Source of the DNA: Candidatus Heimdallarchaeota archaeon
GTDB taxonomy: Archaea; Asgardarchaeota; Heimdallarchaeia; Heimdallarchaeales; Heimdallarchaeaceae
Length of the DNA stretch: 43,142 nt
Assembly: GCA_019057815.1 (NCBI GenBank)
Contig: JAHLWR010000029.1
Coordinates: 1 to 43,142 of the forward strand
Direction: 5' to 3'
Positions 28,070 through 37,993 of this stretch are shown here, in pieces. The stretch's first letter is position 1; every line of letters starts with the position of its first letter. The notes below the pieces were generated by a model. The model saw only the letters and a program-made list of their open reading frames with translations, was not told the origin of the DNA and searched no databases. The position numbers were made by a program, and so were the translations under genes.

Positions 28070-28280
28070 TTAAAACTCTTCTTAGAATATAAGTTAGAAG
28101 TACTTCTGGTTTTGCTTTTGACAAGAACATCATTGGAATGTTATTTTCTCATCTTTGAATCCATATGTATTCTCAAGAATGTGTTATTCCTTCTTCTTCT
28201 AGTTTTAAAAAAACATTGCTTTTATCATTGAAAATTTAATTAGTTATTTTTATATACAACAAACAACATAGTTTGATAAT

Positions 28281-29297
28281 ATGTCTGAAGGTATTGTTAA
28301 AGAAGAAAATGAGTTAAATATTAAAACTAAAAAGGAAATAGTGTTGGAAACCAAGGATTTAGAAAAAATCTATGATGGTAAAGTACACGCTGTTCGTGGA
28401 GTTAGTTTTGAATTATTTGAAGGAGAAGTTCTAGGATTACTTGGTCCTAATGGTGCTGGCAAGACTACAACAATTTCCATTTTACTTGGGATAATTAAGA
28501 AAACCAAAGGGGAGTTTTCTATTTTAGGCAAGCAAATTGATGATTTCAAAACTATTAGAGATCTAATTGGTTATACCCCTCAAGATTTAGTCTTTTATGA
28601 TTATCTAACGGTTCAAGAGAATGCAGAACTTTTTGCGGATTGTTATGATATAGAGAATAAGAAAGACAGAATAAAAGAACTCTTTGAGCTTTTTCAGCTA
28701 ACAGAACTTAAGAAAAGAAGAGCTGGAAAATTGAGCGGTGGTCAGAAAAGAAGATTAAATTTAGTACTTGGTATGCTGCATTCTCCAAAAATTTTATTCC
28801 TTGATGAACCTAGTGCAGGAATGGACCCTCAAAGCCGCAATATTCTTTGGGAGAATGTTGAAAGGTTATCAAAAGAGGAAGGAATAACAATCATTCTAAC
28901 CACTCATCTAATGGAAGTAGCTGATAAACTCTGCGATCGTATTTTAATTATTGACTATGGAAAAATAATAGCGAGTGGAACTCCTGATGAACTGAAATCT
29001 ACATTTGGAGCTGAAGAAGTGATAGAATTGATGATAGCTGAGAATCTTGAATCTAAAACTAGTGAATCATTTATAGAGAAGTTAAGAAAAAGATTTTCTA
29101 AAGTTACATTCCTTGATAATACTGTTAAGATATTTACAAAAAAAGGAGCCACACTTATTACTGAAGTCGTAGAGATTGCGGTTAAACTAGACATGACTGA
29201 TTTCATTGAAAGCCTTCAACTTCGGGGAAGCACATTAGAAGATGTATTCATAGGTCTTACTGGGAAGTCTCTAAGAGAAGGAGGAGAAGGTGATTAA
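28281..29297 (+). CDS. ABC-2 type exporter ATP-binding protein
   Basis: Walker A GPNGAGKT, LSGGQ, Walker B LFLDEP, TTH, TLEDVF. Confidence 0.95.
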   Translation: MSEGIVKEENELNIKTKKEIVLETKDLEKIYDGKVHAVRGVSFELFEGEVLGLLGPNGAGKTTTISILLGIIKKTKGEFSILGKQIDDFKTIRDLIGYTPQDLVFYDYLTVQENAELFADCYDIENKKDRIKELFELFQLTELKKRRAGKLSGGQKRRLNLVLGMLHSPKILFLDEPSAGMDPQSRNILWENVERLSKEEGITIILTTHLMEVADKLCDRILIIDYGKIIASGTPDELKSTFGAEEVIELMIAENLESKTSESFIEKLRKRFSKVTFLDNTVKIFTKKGATLITEVVEIAVKLDMTDFIESLQLRGSTLEDVFIGLTGKSLREGGEGD

Positions 29298-30584
29298 ATG
29301 TCAAAAATCAGAGCTTTTTACTCTCTACTAAAAACAAATCTTCTTTCTATTACGAGAGATAGAACAACATTTTTCTTTATAATCCTCTTCCCATTATGTT
29401 TTGTTGGAGTTTTTGGACTTGCCTTCCAATGGAGTGATCCTCTTACCTCCTCAAAAATCATCGGAATAATAAACTATGATACAGGCATTGATGGTGGTGT
29501 TATAGCTTTCTGGAATGGTACTACAACTGTAAATGACACTTTTTACTCTGAAGAGTATATCCGAGTTCTTAAAACAGTTTTATATCCTGAAAGCAATGTC
29601 ACAATCTTTGAAATCCAGATTTTCAATATAACTGAATTAGATGTTGCTCAAGAATCATTAGAAACTAGGAACATTAAGGCTTTGATAACATTACCAGAGA
29701 ATTTTAGTTCTGGTGTTCTTGCTGCATTTCAAAATAAATTTGGTGATGATCCAATTCTAACAGCAGCAACAGGAAATTGGACTGGATATCCAAGTTTAGA
29801 CTTTAAAACCATTGTCAAAGTTGATGGAGATAGTACTCTTCAAGATTTCACTATATCTGGTACTATTATCGAAAAAATAACACAATATTTCTTTAATTTT
29901 GGTGATGATCCAGTTGAAGGTGTTATCCTCGATGTGTATGGTAGTCTGTCAACGACAGGTTTTACTGTCTTTGACTTTGTTTTACCTGGTTTAATTGTAT
30001 ATGCAATTTTAAACAATCTTGCTTCTATTACAGATATTGCTTTTAGAGATATTGAAGGAGGAACTCTTCGACGTCTTAGGATTAGCAAAGTTACTCCACC
30101 TATGTATGTTTTGTCGATTTTAGCTAGTCAGATGGTTATTGCATTCATACAGATTCCATTAGTTTTTGCTGCTGGATTAATATTTGGTTTCCCAGCTTCA
30201 ATTCAAGTTCTGTATGCCTTTATTCCTGCTATTTTCCTATCGTTAGCTACAAGTGGGATAGGTTTCATCATTGCAGGACTTGTAAAAGGTGCAGCAGCTG
30301 GTAGAGGTTTAGCTGGAATCATAGCTACGCCCATTGCTATGATATCAGGTGCGTTCTTTGATATACCTAATCCAACCATAATCTCTAATGTATTTGGGAA
30401 TTCTTTTGGTTTATATGATGTATTACCAGCAGCACCAGCAATAAGGATATTTAGAAGTGTTCTACTTCACAATAATTCTCTTGCTAGTAATGCTTTTGAT
30501 CTTATACTGCTATTTATTCTTGCTGTAGTATTCCTACTAATAGGGATTTACTTATACTCAAGAAAGCACTTTAAACCTGAATAA
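29298..30584 (+). CDS. ABC-2 type exporter permease
   Basis: Abuts the ATPase gene; 1+5 TM layout with a large external loop; GTLRRLRIS. Confidence 0.9.
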   Translation: MSKIRAFYSLLKTNLLSITRDRTTFFFIILFPLCFVGVFGLAFQWSDPLTSSKIIGIINYDTGIDGGVIAFWNGTTTVNDTFYSEEYIRVLKTVLYPESNVTIFEIQIFNITELDVAQESLETRNIKALITLPENFSSGVLAAFQNKFGDDPILTAATGNWTGYPSLDFKTIVKVDGDSTLQDFTISGTIIEKITQYFFNFGDDPVEGVILDVYGSLSTTGFTVFDFVLPGLIVYAILNNLASITDIAFRDIEGGTLRRLRISKVTPPMYVLSILASQMVIAFIQIPLVFAAGLIFGFPASIQVLYAFIPAIFLSLATSGIGFIIAGLVKGAAAGRGLAGIIATPIAMISGAFFDIPNPTIISNVFGNSFGLYDVLPAAPAIRIFRSVLLHNNSLASNAFDLILLFILAVVFLLIGIYLYSRKHFKPE

Positions 30585-30783
30585 TTAGAGATTCTTTTCT
30601 CTTTTTTCTCTTTCAAAATAAATGTTTTTTAAATCAACAAGCGATTTTTGTTTGGAAAACTATTTAATCATTATTCTGTTTACTAACAAGGCTTGAATGT
30701 CATTAAAAAGGATGATTCGGGGAATTTTTCTCTGAAGACTTTTTTAGTCATTGAGATTTTTGGTCACACAATGGTCACTTTAG

Positions 30784-30810
30784 CTCAATATCTTCTTATT
30801 GAGTGCTCAA
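30784..30810. promoter_or_regulatory. Three CTCAA/TTGAG half-sites, putative operator
   Basis: CTCAATA-N6-TATTGAG overlapping TTGAG-TG-CTCAA, upstream of gene 30838. Confidence 0.4.
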
Positions 30811-30837
30811 ATAAAGTCTATCTTAGAAAGAATTTAG

Positions 30838-31254
30838 GTGACAAACATGAGCGAGTTCAATAACGAGAAAGAAATCATTGATGAAGATTTTGTAGAAGAT
30901 GAAGAAGAGAAGATGAAAGATGCTGATGAAGTAAGGGAAATTCTACAAGCAGTTTCAACAGAAATCCCAGATTTAATTAAAGGTATTTTTACTGCTCTAT
31001 ATAGTTCAGAAACTGCAATGGAATATGGAAAAGGGATTGGGTCTCTTTACAAAGAACTAAAAGAGCAAGGTTTACCGGAAGAGATGGTCCGAAAAATAAT
31101 TTCAGATTTTGCAAGCAATGTAAACATTCTTGGAAATATCAAAGTAAATAAGGAAGGATCTAGTGATAAAATCGATTCATCAAAATTATCTAACTTAAAA
31201 AGCAAACATTCAATTTTCAAATCTTTTAGATTTAAGAAAGAAATAGAAGATTAA
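30838..31254 (+). CDS. Hypothetical acidic helical protein
   Basis: Clean ORF; AGGTGA Shine-Dalgarno-like sequence before ATG 30847. Confidence 0.75.
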   Translation: MTNMSEFNNEKEIIDEDFVEDEEEKMKDADEVREILQAVSTEIPDLIKGIFTALYSSETAMEYGKGIGSLYKELKEQGLPEEMVRKIISDFASNVNILGNIKVNKEGSSDKIDSSKLSNLKSKHSIFKSFRFKKEIED

Positions 31255-31287
31255 AAGTAATGATAAAAAAAAAGAAATATGAAAAAA

Positions 31288-32907
31288 TCATAATTTTCTC
31301 TTTCTAGTTGAAAAAACAACAGTAGTTACTGTAATTGATATAATTAAAGCTATCAGTGGGTAAAAATTGTTCATCTCTTCTACTGCTTCAATAACATTTA
31401 CATCTATAGTATCCGTAGAGGAATGTCCAACTTTATCTTGTACAACAATTACATATACGTAAGTTCCTACTGAGTGGTCATCCACTGAGATTTCGATTGC
31501 AATTCCAGATTCCCACGTATCTGAAATTAACTCAATACCATCCAAATAAATAGTGTATGTATCAGCATTAGCATCTGCAGCTGCCCATTGAATTATATTA
31601 CCAGTTTCTCCTTCTTTGTAGGTTATATCTTCTGGTGAGTCCACTACTGGGTCAGTTGTATCAATAGTTAGAACCCTTACTTCACTCCAATCGCTCCAAT
31701 TCTCTACCTCATCTCTAGCTCTTACTCTCCAATAATATTCAGCATCTAACATTCCATTAAAAACATAGTTGTTATCAACTACTATCTCTTGTAATACAAG
31801 TTCAGTAAAAGTGCCTTCATTATCTATTTGTAACTCATATTCAACATAATCAGAATCAGATGACCATTCAAATTCTATACTATCCGATGAGGATATTTCA
31901 TTATCTACAGGTGATAGGAGATCTGGTGGGCTAGGTGGTGTTGTATCAACAGTAAAATGCCAGACAGAACTATATGGACCAATGTTAAAAGCTTCGTCTG
32001 TAGCTTTGATTCTCCAATAGAAAGTACCATCTGATAAGTCAAAAAGAACTCGATGGTATGAAGGATGAAATCCAACAACTTCTATTTTATTTACAAAATC
32101 TTCATCAGTAGCAAGATGACTAATATAACCTGTAGCATCAGGGACATCGTTAAAATCAAGGAGGGGCCTTGTTACATTAATTATTGCACCATTTGAAGGA
32201 GAAAGCAGCGTAGGTATTCCTGGAGCAGTTATATCCACAGTAAAAGATTGAGTAGAAGACCAGCTACTATAAGCACCTAAATCTCCTCTAACTCTTACTT
32301 TCCAATAATATGTTATCTCACTTAAAGGAGTTGGAATTGTAAATTCAGTGGCTGTTCCAGTGTTTTCATTATAATTTGGACTAGCAAATGTGGCTTGATC
32401 ATCCAACAGTACTTCATAGTACCCAACTGTTTGACTCATATCATATGAAGGATTCCACTCTAATCTTGGTGTTGAATCTTTAATATAGTCTTCATTTTCA
32501 GGAGAAATAGGAACAGGAACAGTTGGTGGAGTTAACGCTATTTCAAATTTAAATGCTTCACTATAAGAACCCCAGCCTGCCTTACCTCTAGCATTTACTC
32601 TCCACCAGTAAACATCTTCTGGTAAAGGGGGTGAATCTAGAGTAGTTCCAGCAACATCTTCTTCCCCAACAATATTAGTGAATGAACTATCAATTGCAAG
32701 CTGAATATGATAAAGATTAGCTAGGAAAACAGAACCCCATTCAAAAGTAGGATTATTATAGCCTAATCTAGCACTATTAGAAGGTGAAATCAAAACTGGG
32801 ATGCCTATAGCTTGTGCAGGAAAAATGGGTATAATAAAAATGACTGAAATAAAGAACATTAAAGAAATTATTGCTTTAGTTTTATTGTCCAATATATTTT
32901 TTTTCAT
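31288..32907 (-). CDS. Cell-surface protein with four FN3/Ig-like repeats and a C-terminal membrane anchor
   Basis: Four repeats of P.L.SP.N...P.xEW...Y(Y/W)WRV.A; signal peptide; TM followed by RKRKL. Confidence 0.85.
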   Translation of the reverse strand: MKKNILDNKTKAIISLMFFISVIFIIPIFPAQAIGIPVLISPSNSARLGYNNPTFEWGSVFLANLYHIQLAIDSSFTNIVGEEDVAGTTLDSPPLPEDVYWWRVNARGKAGWGSYSEAFKFEIALTPPTVPVPISPENEDYIKDSTPRLEWNPSYDMSQTVGYYEVLLDDQATFASPNYNENTGTATEFTIPTPLSEITYYWKVRVRGDLGAYSSWSSTQSFTVDITAPGIPTLLSPSNGAIINVTRPLLDFNDVPDATGYISHLATDEDFVNKIEVVGFHPSYHRVLFDLSDGTFYWRIKATDEAFNIGPYSSVWHFTVDTTPPSPPDLLSPVDNEISSSDSIEFEWSSDSDYVEYELQIDNEGTFTELVLQEIVVDNNYVFNGMLDAEYYWRVRARDEVENWSDWSEVRVLTIDTTDPVVDSPEDITYKEGETGNIIQWAAADANADTYTIYLDGIELISDTWESGIAIEISVDDHSVGTYVYVIVVQDKVGHSSTDTIDVNVIEAVEEMNNFYPLIALIISITVTTVVFSTRKRKL

Positions 32908-33229
32908 AAATAATTACCTCTTTAAAACTGTTAATGATTATTATTAAACATTTTAAACTTTTTGTGAAACTATATATATGAACTTCAGAAAAATAAAAAA
33001 ATTACTGAATCAAAAATATAAATATATACAAAAGCTCAATAAATATTTATGTCAAGTTATTCACAGAACGGCAATAATTCAATATTACAGCCTTAGGTAG
33101 TTTTTTCTTTAAATCAACAATGAAAATTTATTTGAAAATACAATTATCGTAAATTTTCTGACGTAAAAAATAAAAAACTCAAATTCAAATCTTAAAATTC
33201 GAAGAAAGAAATATAAAATTAAAAGAAAA

Positions 33230-34375
33230 TCACTTATTTACTTCTTCTATTTTTTCTTTGACTATAACATTTCTTTTTCTTAACTCATTCATAAGATAAT
33301 TATATACAACTTCGTTTTTACCAATATATTCAGGTGGACAAATACCTTTCTTCTCAAATTTACCTTTAACAACTAATCTAGCCATAATAGATGCTGTATA
33401 TCCTGTTGTTCTAGCCATTGAAATTATGTTATTTTCTTTGTCATAATGGTCTAAAAGTTCGTATGAATATTTGAAGAGTTTATTTTCTTTTGTTCCATCA
33501 ATGATAATTTTCATTATCGTATAATCTTCTTCATTTTCTCCTAGCTGCCATTTTTCAGAAAGTAATTTTGTAGCTAGATCTAAAGGTCTCATACTTATCC
33601 CATTCACATCAATGAATCTTTTACTGAAAAAGCCTGTATCTTTTAGTATTTTTATAAGTTTAATATGTCCAGGATACCTAAGCGTCTTCTCTTTCATATT
33701 CGGAATATCCATGGTTTTTAGTAAGGTTCTTAATCCATCAGTGTTAAAAGCTTCAAGTTCACCTATTTCAGGAAATTCAATCAATTCAGAGTCAGACAAA
33801 GCAGGTTTGGTTATTATCTTTCTATTTTCAACATATCTTGCATCACGAATATATTCTTCTATTACATCAACTGGTGAAAAAGGTGCTTTGTACTCGTAGG
33901 GCCACTGTCTCTCGACAGGAAGACCTCCTACGTAACATTCAAAACTATGCGTATGGTCGAGTAAGCTGTGAACATAACCCAAGATTATGTTACTTAAACC
34001 TGGAGCAACGCCACAATCAATAATCGCAGTCACTCCTTTCTTCTTAGCTACTTTATCCAAAGTAAAAGGATCTTCCCTAAAAAATGAGATGTCAACAATA
34101 TTTTTACCTGCTTCTATTACACTTTGAAGAGCTTGATAACCTAAAAAACCTGGTAAAGCACCAATAACTAAATCGAAATCCTCAACAAGTTCCTGTATTA
34201 TAAATCGTTCTGAAAGGTCTCGATAAATGCTGTTTATTTCAAAATCTTCTGATAATTGCTTCAGAGCTGAATCATTTATATCCGCTATTGATACTTCTAA
34301 TTCACTATCTAGTGCAAGATCCCTTGCAATAACACTTCCAACTAAACCTGCGCCCAATACAACTACTTTATGCAA
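33230..34375 (-). CDS. Saccharopine dehydrogenase / lysine 6-dehydrogenase family protein
   Basis: GAGLVG Rossmann motif, DCGVAPGLSN, YVGGLP, LEAFNTDGL, EKTLRYPGH, MARTTGY. Confidence 0.9.
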   Translation of the reverse strand: MHKVVVLGAGLVGSVIARDLALDSELEVSIADINDSALKQLSEDFEINSIYRDLSERFIIQELVEDFDLVIGALPGFLGYQALQSVIEAGKNIVDISFFREDPFTLDKVAKKKGVTAIIDCGVAPGLSNIILGYVHSLLDHTHSFECYVGGLPVERQWPYEYKAPFSPVDVIEEYIRDARYVENRKIITKPALSDSELIEFPEIGELEAFNTDGLRTLLKTMDIPNMKEKTLRYPGHIKLIKILKDTGFFSKRFIDVNGISMRPLDLATKLLSEKWQLGENEEDYTIMKIIIDGTKENKLFKYSYELLDHYDKENNIISMARTTGYTASIMARLVVKGKFEKKGICPPEYIGKNEVVYNYLMNELRKRNVIVKEKIEEVNK

Positions 34376-34497
34376 AGCTACCTAATTTATTCTTGAATGG
34401 GAATTTTAAAACTTTCTTGTTGTCACACATATTAGCAAGTTTTCAAGACTTCGATATAAAATTGATGCAATTATAACAGAGAAAAGTAGGTTGAACA

Positions 34498-35472
34498 TTA
34501 AACATCATATTTCTCTTCTAATGAATTATACCAGTCAAACATTTGTTCTAGACCTTTTTTCAGTGGAATCTTTGGATTATAATCAAGTAACCTTCTAGCT
34601 TTACTTATATCAGCACAAGTAATAGAAACATCCCCTTCCTTAGGATCTTCTACGATAATTTCTGCTTCTTTTCCTACAACAGATTCAATTTCTTTGATAA
34701 AATCCCTCAATCTAACAGGGTAGGAATTACCTAAATTGATAATCTCATATTGCCAATTGGAGGTCCGTTTAAGTGCTTCAAATATTCCATCAACTATGTC
34801 TGAAATAAAGGTATAATCTCTAGCTGTATCTCCATCACCATATTGGATTATAGGTTTTGATCCTACAATGCAATTCATGAAAATGTAAGGTGCCATATCA
34901 GGTCGACCTCTTGGACCATAAACAGTGAAAAAACGCAAAATTGTCATTTTAATATCGTATAATTTATGATAAGTATAAGTAATAGATTCAGCCATGATTT
35001 TACTGGCAGCATAAGGTGATATTGGCTTATCAATCAATTCTCCCTCTTTGAAGGGTATATCCAGTCTATTTCCATAGACTGACGATGAAGATGCAAAAAT
35101 GAACTCCTGAATTTTGTGTTTTTTACACTGTTCTAGAAGATTTGTAGTACCGATTAAATTAGCTTTAATATACTCTATAGGGTTAGAAATACTTTTCCTC
35201 ACACCAGTTTTTGCGCCTAAGTGAATAATATTAGTAATTCTGTACTTATCGAATAAAGATTCAATAAAACATTCATCTGCAAAATCACCTTCAACAAATC
35301 TGAAATTATCATATTCACTGAGAATAGCTAAATTCGACTCTTTTATTTGTTGAGGGTAATTTTGTTCAAAATTGTCTATTCCAATCATAGTATACTTTTC
35401 TTTCAAAAACCTTTCTGCTGCACTGCTACCTATAAATCCTGCAACTCCAGTAACCAAAAGAGTTAAAGCCAT
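34498..35472 (-). CDS. NAD-dependent nucleotide-sugar epimerase (UDP-glucuronate 4-epimerase-like)
   Basis: TGVAGFIG, ASSSSVYG, YAASK, LRFFTVYGPRGRPDMA, RDYT. Confidence 0.92.
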   Translation of the reverse strand: MALTLLVTGVAGFIGSSAAERFLKEKYTMIGIDNFEQNYPQQIKESNLAILSEYDNFRFVEGDFADECFIESLFDKYRITNIIHLGAKTGVRKSISNPIEYIKANLIGTTNLLEQCKKHKIQEFIFASSSSVYGNRLDIPFKEGELIDKPISPYAASKIMAESITYTYHKLYDIKMTILRFFTVYGPRGRPDMAPYIFMNCIVGSKPIIQYGDGDTARDYTFISDIVDGIFEALKRTSNWQYEIINLGNSYPVRLRDFIKEIESVVGKEAEIIVEDPKEGDVSITCADISKARRLLDYNPKIPLKKGLEQMFDWYNSLEEKYDV

Positions 35473-35587
35473 TAATTATCATTCATCAATCTAGATATTT
35501 TAATGTTATCGATTCTAAGTTCGTTACAATAATCTGAAAAAAATTAAAAAATAACTTAAGTTAATTATTACATTTGTGTCAAAAAAT

Positions 35588-35618
35588 TTTAAATAGTACT
35601 GTGTGTTTTTCAACACAC
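35588..35618 (+). promoter_or_regulatory. TATA box followed by inverted repeat GTGTGTT-N4-AACACAC
   Basis: TTTAAATA at 35588-35595, about 25 nt before ATG 35620 (leaderless spacing); 7-bp arms at 35601-35607 and 35612-35618. Confidence 0.5.
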
Positions 35619-35619
35619 T

Positions 35620-35901
35620 ATGTCCCTACCAGGATTCGTTGAAACGGCAAGTAGATTAAACTTTTGCATTATTAGACCCATACTACAGATGTTCTATGGA
35701 ATCATAATTGGTCTTGTAATGATGATATTTAATATGATCATCGGCATTACAGCATTTATTAACTGTTTTACAGTTGTTATTGCAGGTAAACGATTCAAAG
35801 CACATTATGATTTTGTTACAAGAGTAGCAAAATGGATTGGACATCTATATATGTACTTCTTAGCTGCAACTGATGATATACCTGATCTATTTCCAAAATA
35901 G
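35620..35901 (+). CDS. Small membrane protein, DUF4389-like
   Basis: E.ASRL..IIR, long hydrophobic stretch, GKR, Y...TDDxP.xP C-terminus. Confidence 0.72.
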   Translation: MSLPGFVETASRLNFCIIRPILQMFYGIIIGLVMMIFNMIIGITAFINCFTVVIAGKRFKAHYDFVTRVAKWIGHLYMYFLAATDDIPDLFPK

Positions 35902-35904
35902 TAC

Positions 35905-35941
35905 ATTTTTTTTCTTTTTCTTTATTTTTTCTTTATTTTTT
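35905..35941 (+). terminator. Oligo-T archaeal-type terminator region
   Basis: Several T runs directly after the stop codon at 35901. Confidence 0.5.
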
Positions 35942-36003
35942 CTAAGAAACATTTAAAAACATCTTAAAAATGAAAATCATTAATACTTGTATAAACCGTT
36001 TTA

Positions 36004-36711
36004 GTGATATTTATGGAAGATGAGAAAATAGAATCCCCATATCTTGATGAAGAAGTGCACCTATCCAAGTATACACCACTCCATGTAGTCTGGGCTATGG
36101 CTAAAATTACAGCTTGGCAAAATTTCGCACATCATCCAACATGTAGCAAATATAAGAATCATTACTTTGATATTTGGGGTTTAAAATTATGTGTTGGTTG
36201 TACAAGCCTTTACTCTGCACTTATTATTTTTCTGATTGCTTTCTTCAATGCTAAAGCATTCTTTACTACTAATGTAATCATACTCCCAATAGTATATCTA
36301 TTTGGCTTAGTAGCATTAGTGCTACATTCATTAATACACCCATCAAATAAATGGTTTAAATCTTTATTCAGGAGCTCGTTAGGGCTAGGAATGGGTGCTT
36401 ATATCTCTATTATAGTCTTAGGACCAACATGGTGGATAAGGTTAATTCTCATCAGTTTCATACCATTTGAAATCGCACTATTCTTTGCAATAAGAGGGAA
36501 AAGAGCGAACTTAGAACTATGTGAAGAATGTCCACTACATCTTGCTGATCCACCTTGTGATCCAATGAAAAACACTGAAATCAAAACTAAGAAAATTAAT
36601 CAGTTGATAGATTCGCAAATAGAAGGTTTGAAAAGAAGTAGAATGGCGAAAAAGCAAGAAACCTCATATGATAATGTAACTAATTCTGGTCAACAAGAAA
36701 ATGATGAGTAA
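36004..36711 (+). CDS. Cys/His-rich 4-TM membrane protein (DUF2085-like)
   Basis: HHPTC...H...LCVGC before TM1; CEEC..H..C after TM4. Confidence 0.65.
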   Translation: MIFMEDEKIESPYLDEEVHLSKYTPLHVVWAMAKITAWQNFAHHPTCSKYKNHYFDIWGLKLCVGCTSLYSALIIFLIAFFNAKAFFTTNVIILPIVYLFGLVALVLHSLIHPSNKWFKSLFRSSLGLGMGAYISIIVLGPTWWIRLILISFIPFEIALFFAIRGKRANLELCEECPLHLADPPCDPMKNTEIKTKKINQLIDSQIEGLKRSRMAKKQETSYDNVTNSGQQENDE

Positions 36712-36810
36712 AATAAAGTTACTAAATCCCTTTTGTGTTATTTTTATTTTAAAGAAAGTGTAAATAGAAAGGATAAAAACGTAAAGAAAGCACAATTAAT
36801 TTTCATTGGT

Positions 36811-37308
36811 TCATAATTGAATGATTCCTAACTTTTTCATTGGCCATTCCCAATGATTATTCTCTCGTATTATTTTACCATCATTTAACATTCGCTGGAG
36901 TTCTTCTTTATGTTGCAAAATAATCCCACTCTTATCGATTAACACCCAACCTTCATATAATGAATCAAGTAAATAACCTGCTCTTCCTTCAAAGTTTTCT
37001 TTGAATTCTTTCTTTGTAAACCATGTTGCTTGGATTCCTGAAGGTATTTCTTTTAAGTGATTCCGTTTGAAGACAATTCTTTCATGGTAGGTAGAGGGAA
37101 GTTCGTCAAAAACCACGATTAAATCGACATCACTGTATAAGGTTTTATATGTTCCTTTTACTAGCGACCCATAAAGTATAACTGCATTGATTGAGATATT
37201 AAGATCACATAATTTATCAAAGTAAGCAAACAAATCCGAAATATAGTGTTTTGGAGGTAAAGGAGAGAATTTTGAAAGATTCTTCTTTATATTTTCTAAA
37301 CAATTCAA
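36811..37308 (-). CDS. Nucleotidyltransferase (MNT) partner of the upstream HEPN gene
   Basis: ILYGSLVKG...SDVDLIVV; 4-nt TTGA start/stop overlap. Confidence 0.87.
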   Translation of the reverse strand: MNCLENIKKNLSKFSPLPPKHYISDLFAYFDKLCDLNISINAVILYGSLVKGTYKTLYSDVDLIVVFDELPSTYHERIVFKRNHLKEIPSGIQATWFTKKEFKENFEGRAGYLLDSLYEGWVLIDKSGIILQHKEELQRMLNDGKIIRENNHWEWPMKKLGIIQL

Positions 37309-37811
37309 AGATAACCCTCCAACAATTTTATTTGGTCTTCAAGTTTGTCAGAGAATGGAAGAAACATAAAGAATTCAATAGTTAATTTAACAATGGCTTT
37401 CATATCCTCTAAAAAAAGTTTTATTGTATCCATTGAATATAGAGTTTCAGGGCTTACTATTCCACTAACATGTCTAACACCGTATCTAGGACGTGTTCTC
37501 TCATCTTCTATAGTTCTTGCTAATATTGCTATTTCTTTGATTAACTTTGCCCATTTTTTCCTTTCGATATTTTCAATTTCAATTGTAGTTTTATCAACAA
37601 TATGATCTAACTGTTTGGATGGGAAATGTGAAGGTTCAGCTTCTTTTCCAAAAAGAATAATCAAGCTTTTTAGTATTTTCTCTACTAAAAATTGAATATG
37701 GAACATAGTTGAAGCTTTGTTCGTTTCTTTAATAGCACTCTGGATACTTTGCCAATCTGAGAATGTAAGAGATAACCAATCTTTACATATTTGCAAATTA
37801 GAAATAACCAT
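37305..37811 (-). CDS. Divergent HEPN domain protein (COG2250-like)
   Basis: FHIQFLVEKILKS, PSHFP, RPRYG, P..LYS. Confidence 0.82.
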   Translation of the reverse strand: MVISNLQICKDWLSLTFSDWQSIQSAIKETNKASTMFHIQFLVEKILKSLIILFGKEAEPSHFPSKQLDHIVDKTTIEIENIERKKWAKLIKEIAILARTIEDERTRPRYGVRHVSGIVSPETLYSMDTIKLFLEDMKAIVKLTIEFFMFLPFSDKLEDQIKLLEGYL

Positions 37812-37993
37812 TACAATTACAATATCTAACTACTATAAAGTATTTTTGGATTTAAGACATGCATCATGAAAAGCATTTTATTGAAGTCTTGGTATCGTTT
37901 AGAAATAGTTAAAGATTTTCTTATTCAACTTTGATGGATAAATATTTCCTGTGTAGTCTTTTAGGTGACAATATCTAAAATAATACTACTTCT

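Noticed and set aside
28070-28280. Possible decayed gene on the minus strand
   Set aside because: Short interrupted frames with no recognisable motif
30628-33140. Similar intergenic segments starting TTTAAATCAACAA at ~30628 and ~33108
   Set aside because: Only 13 exact bases in very AT-rich DNA; could be chance
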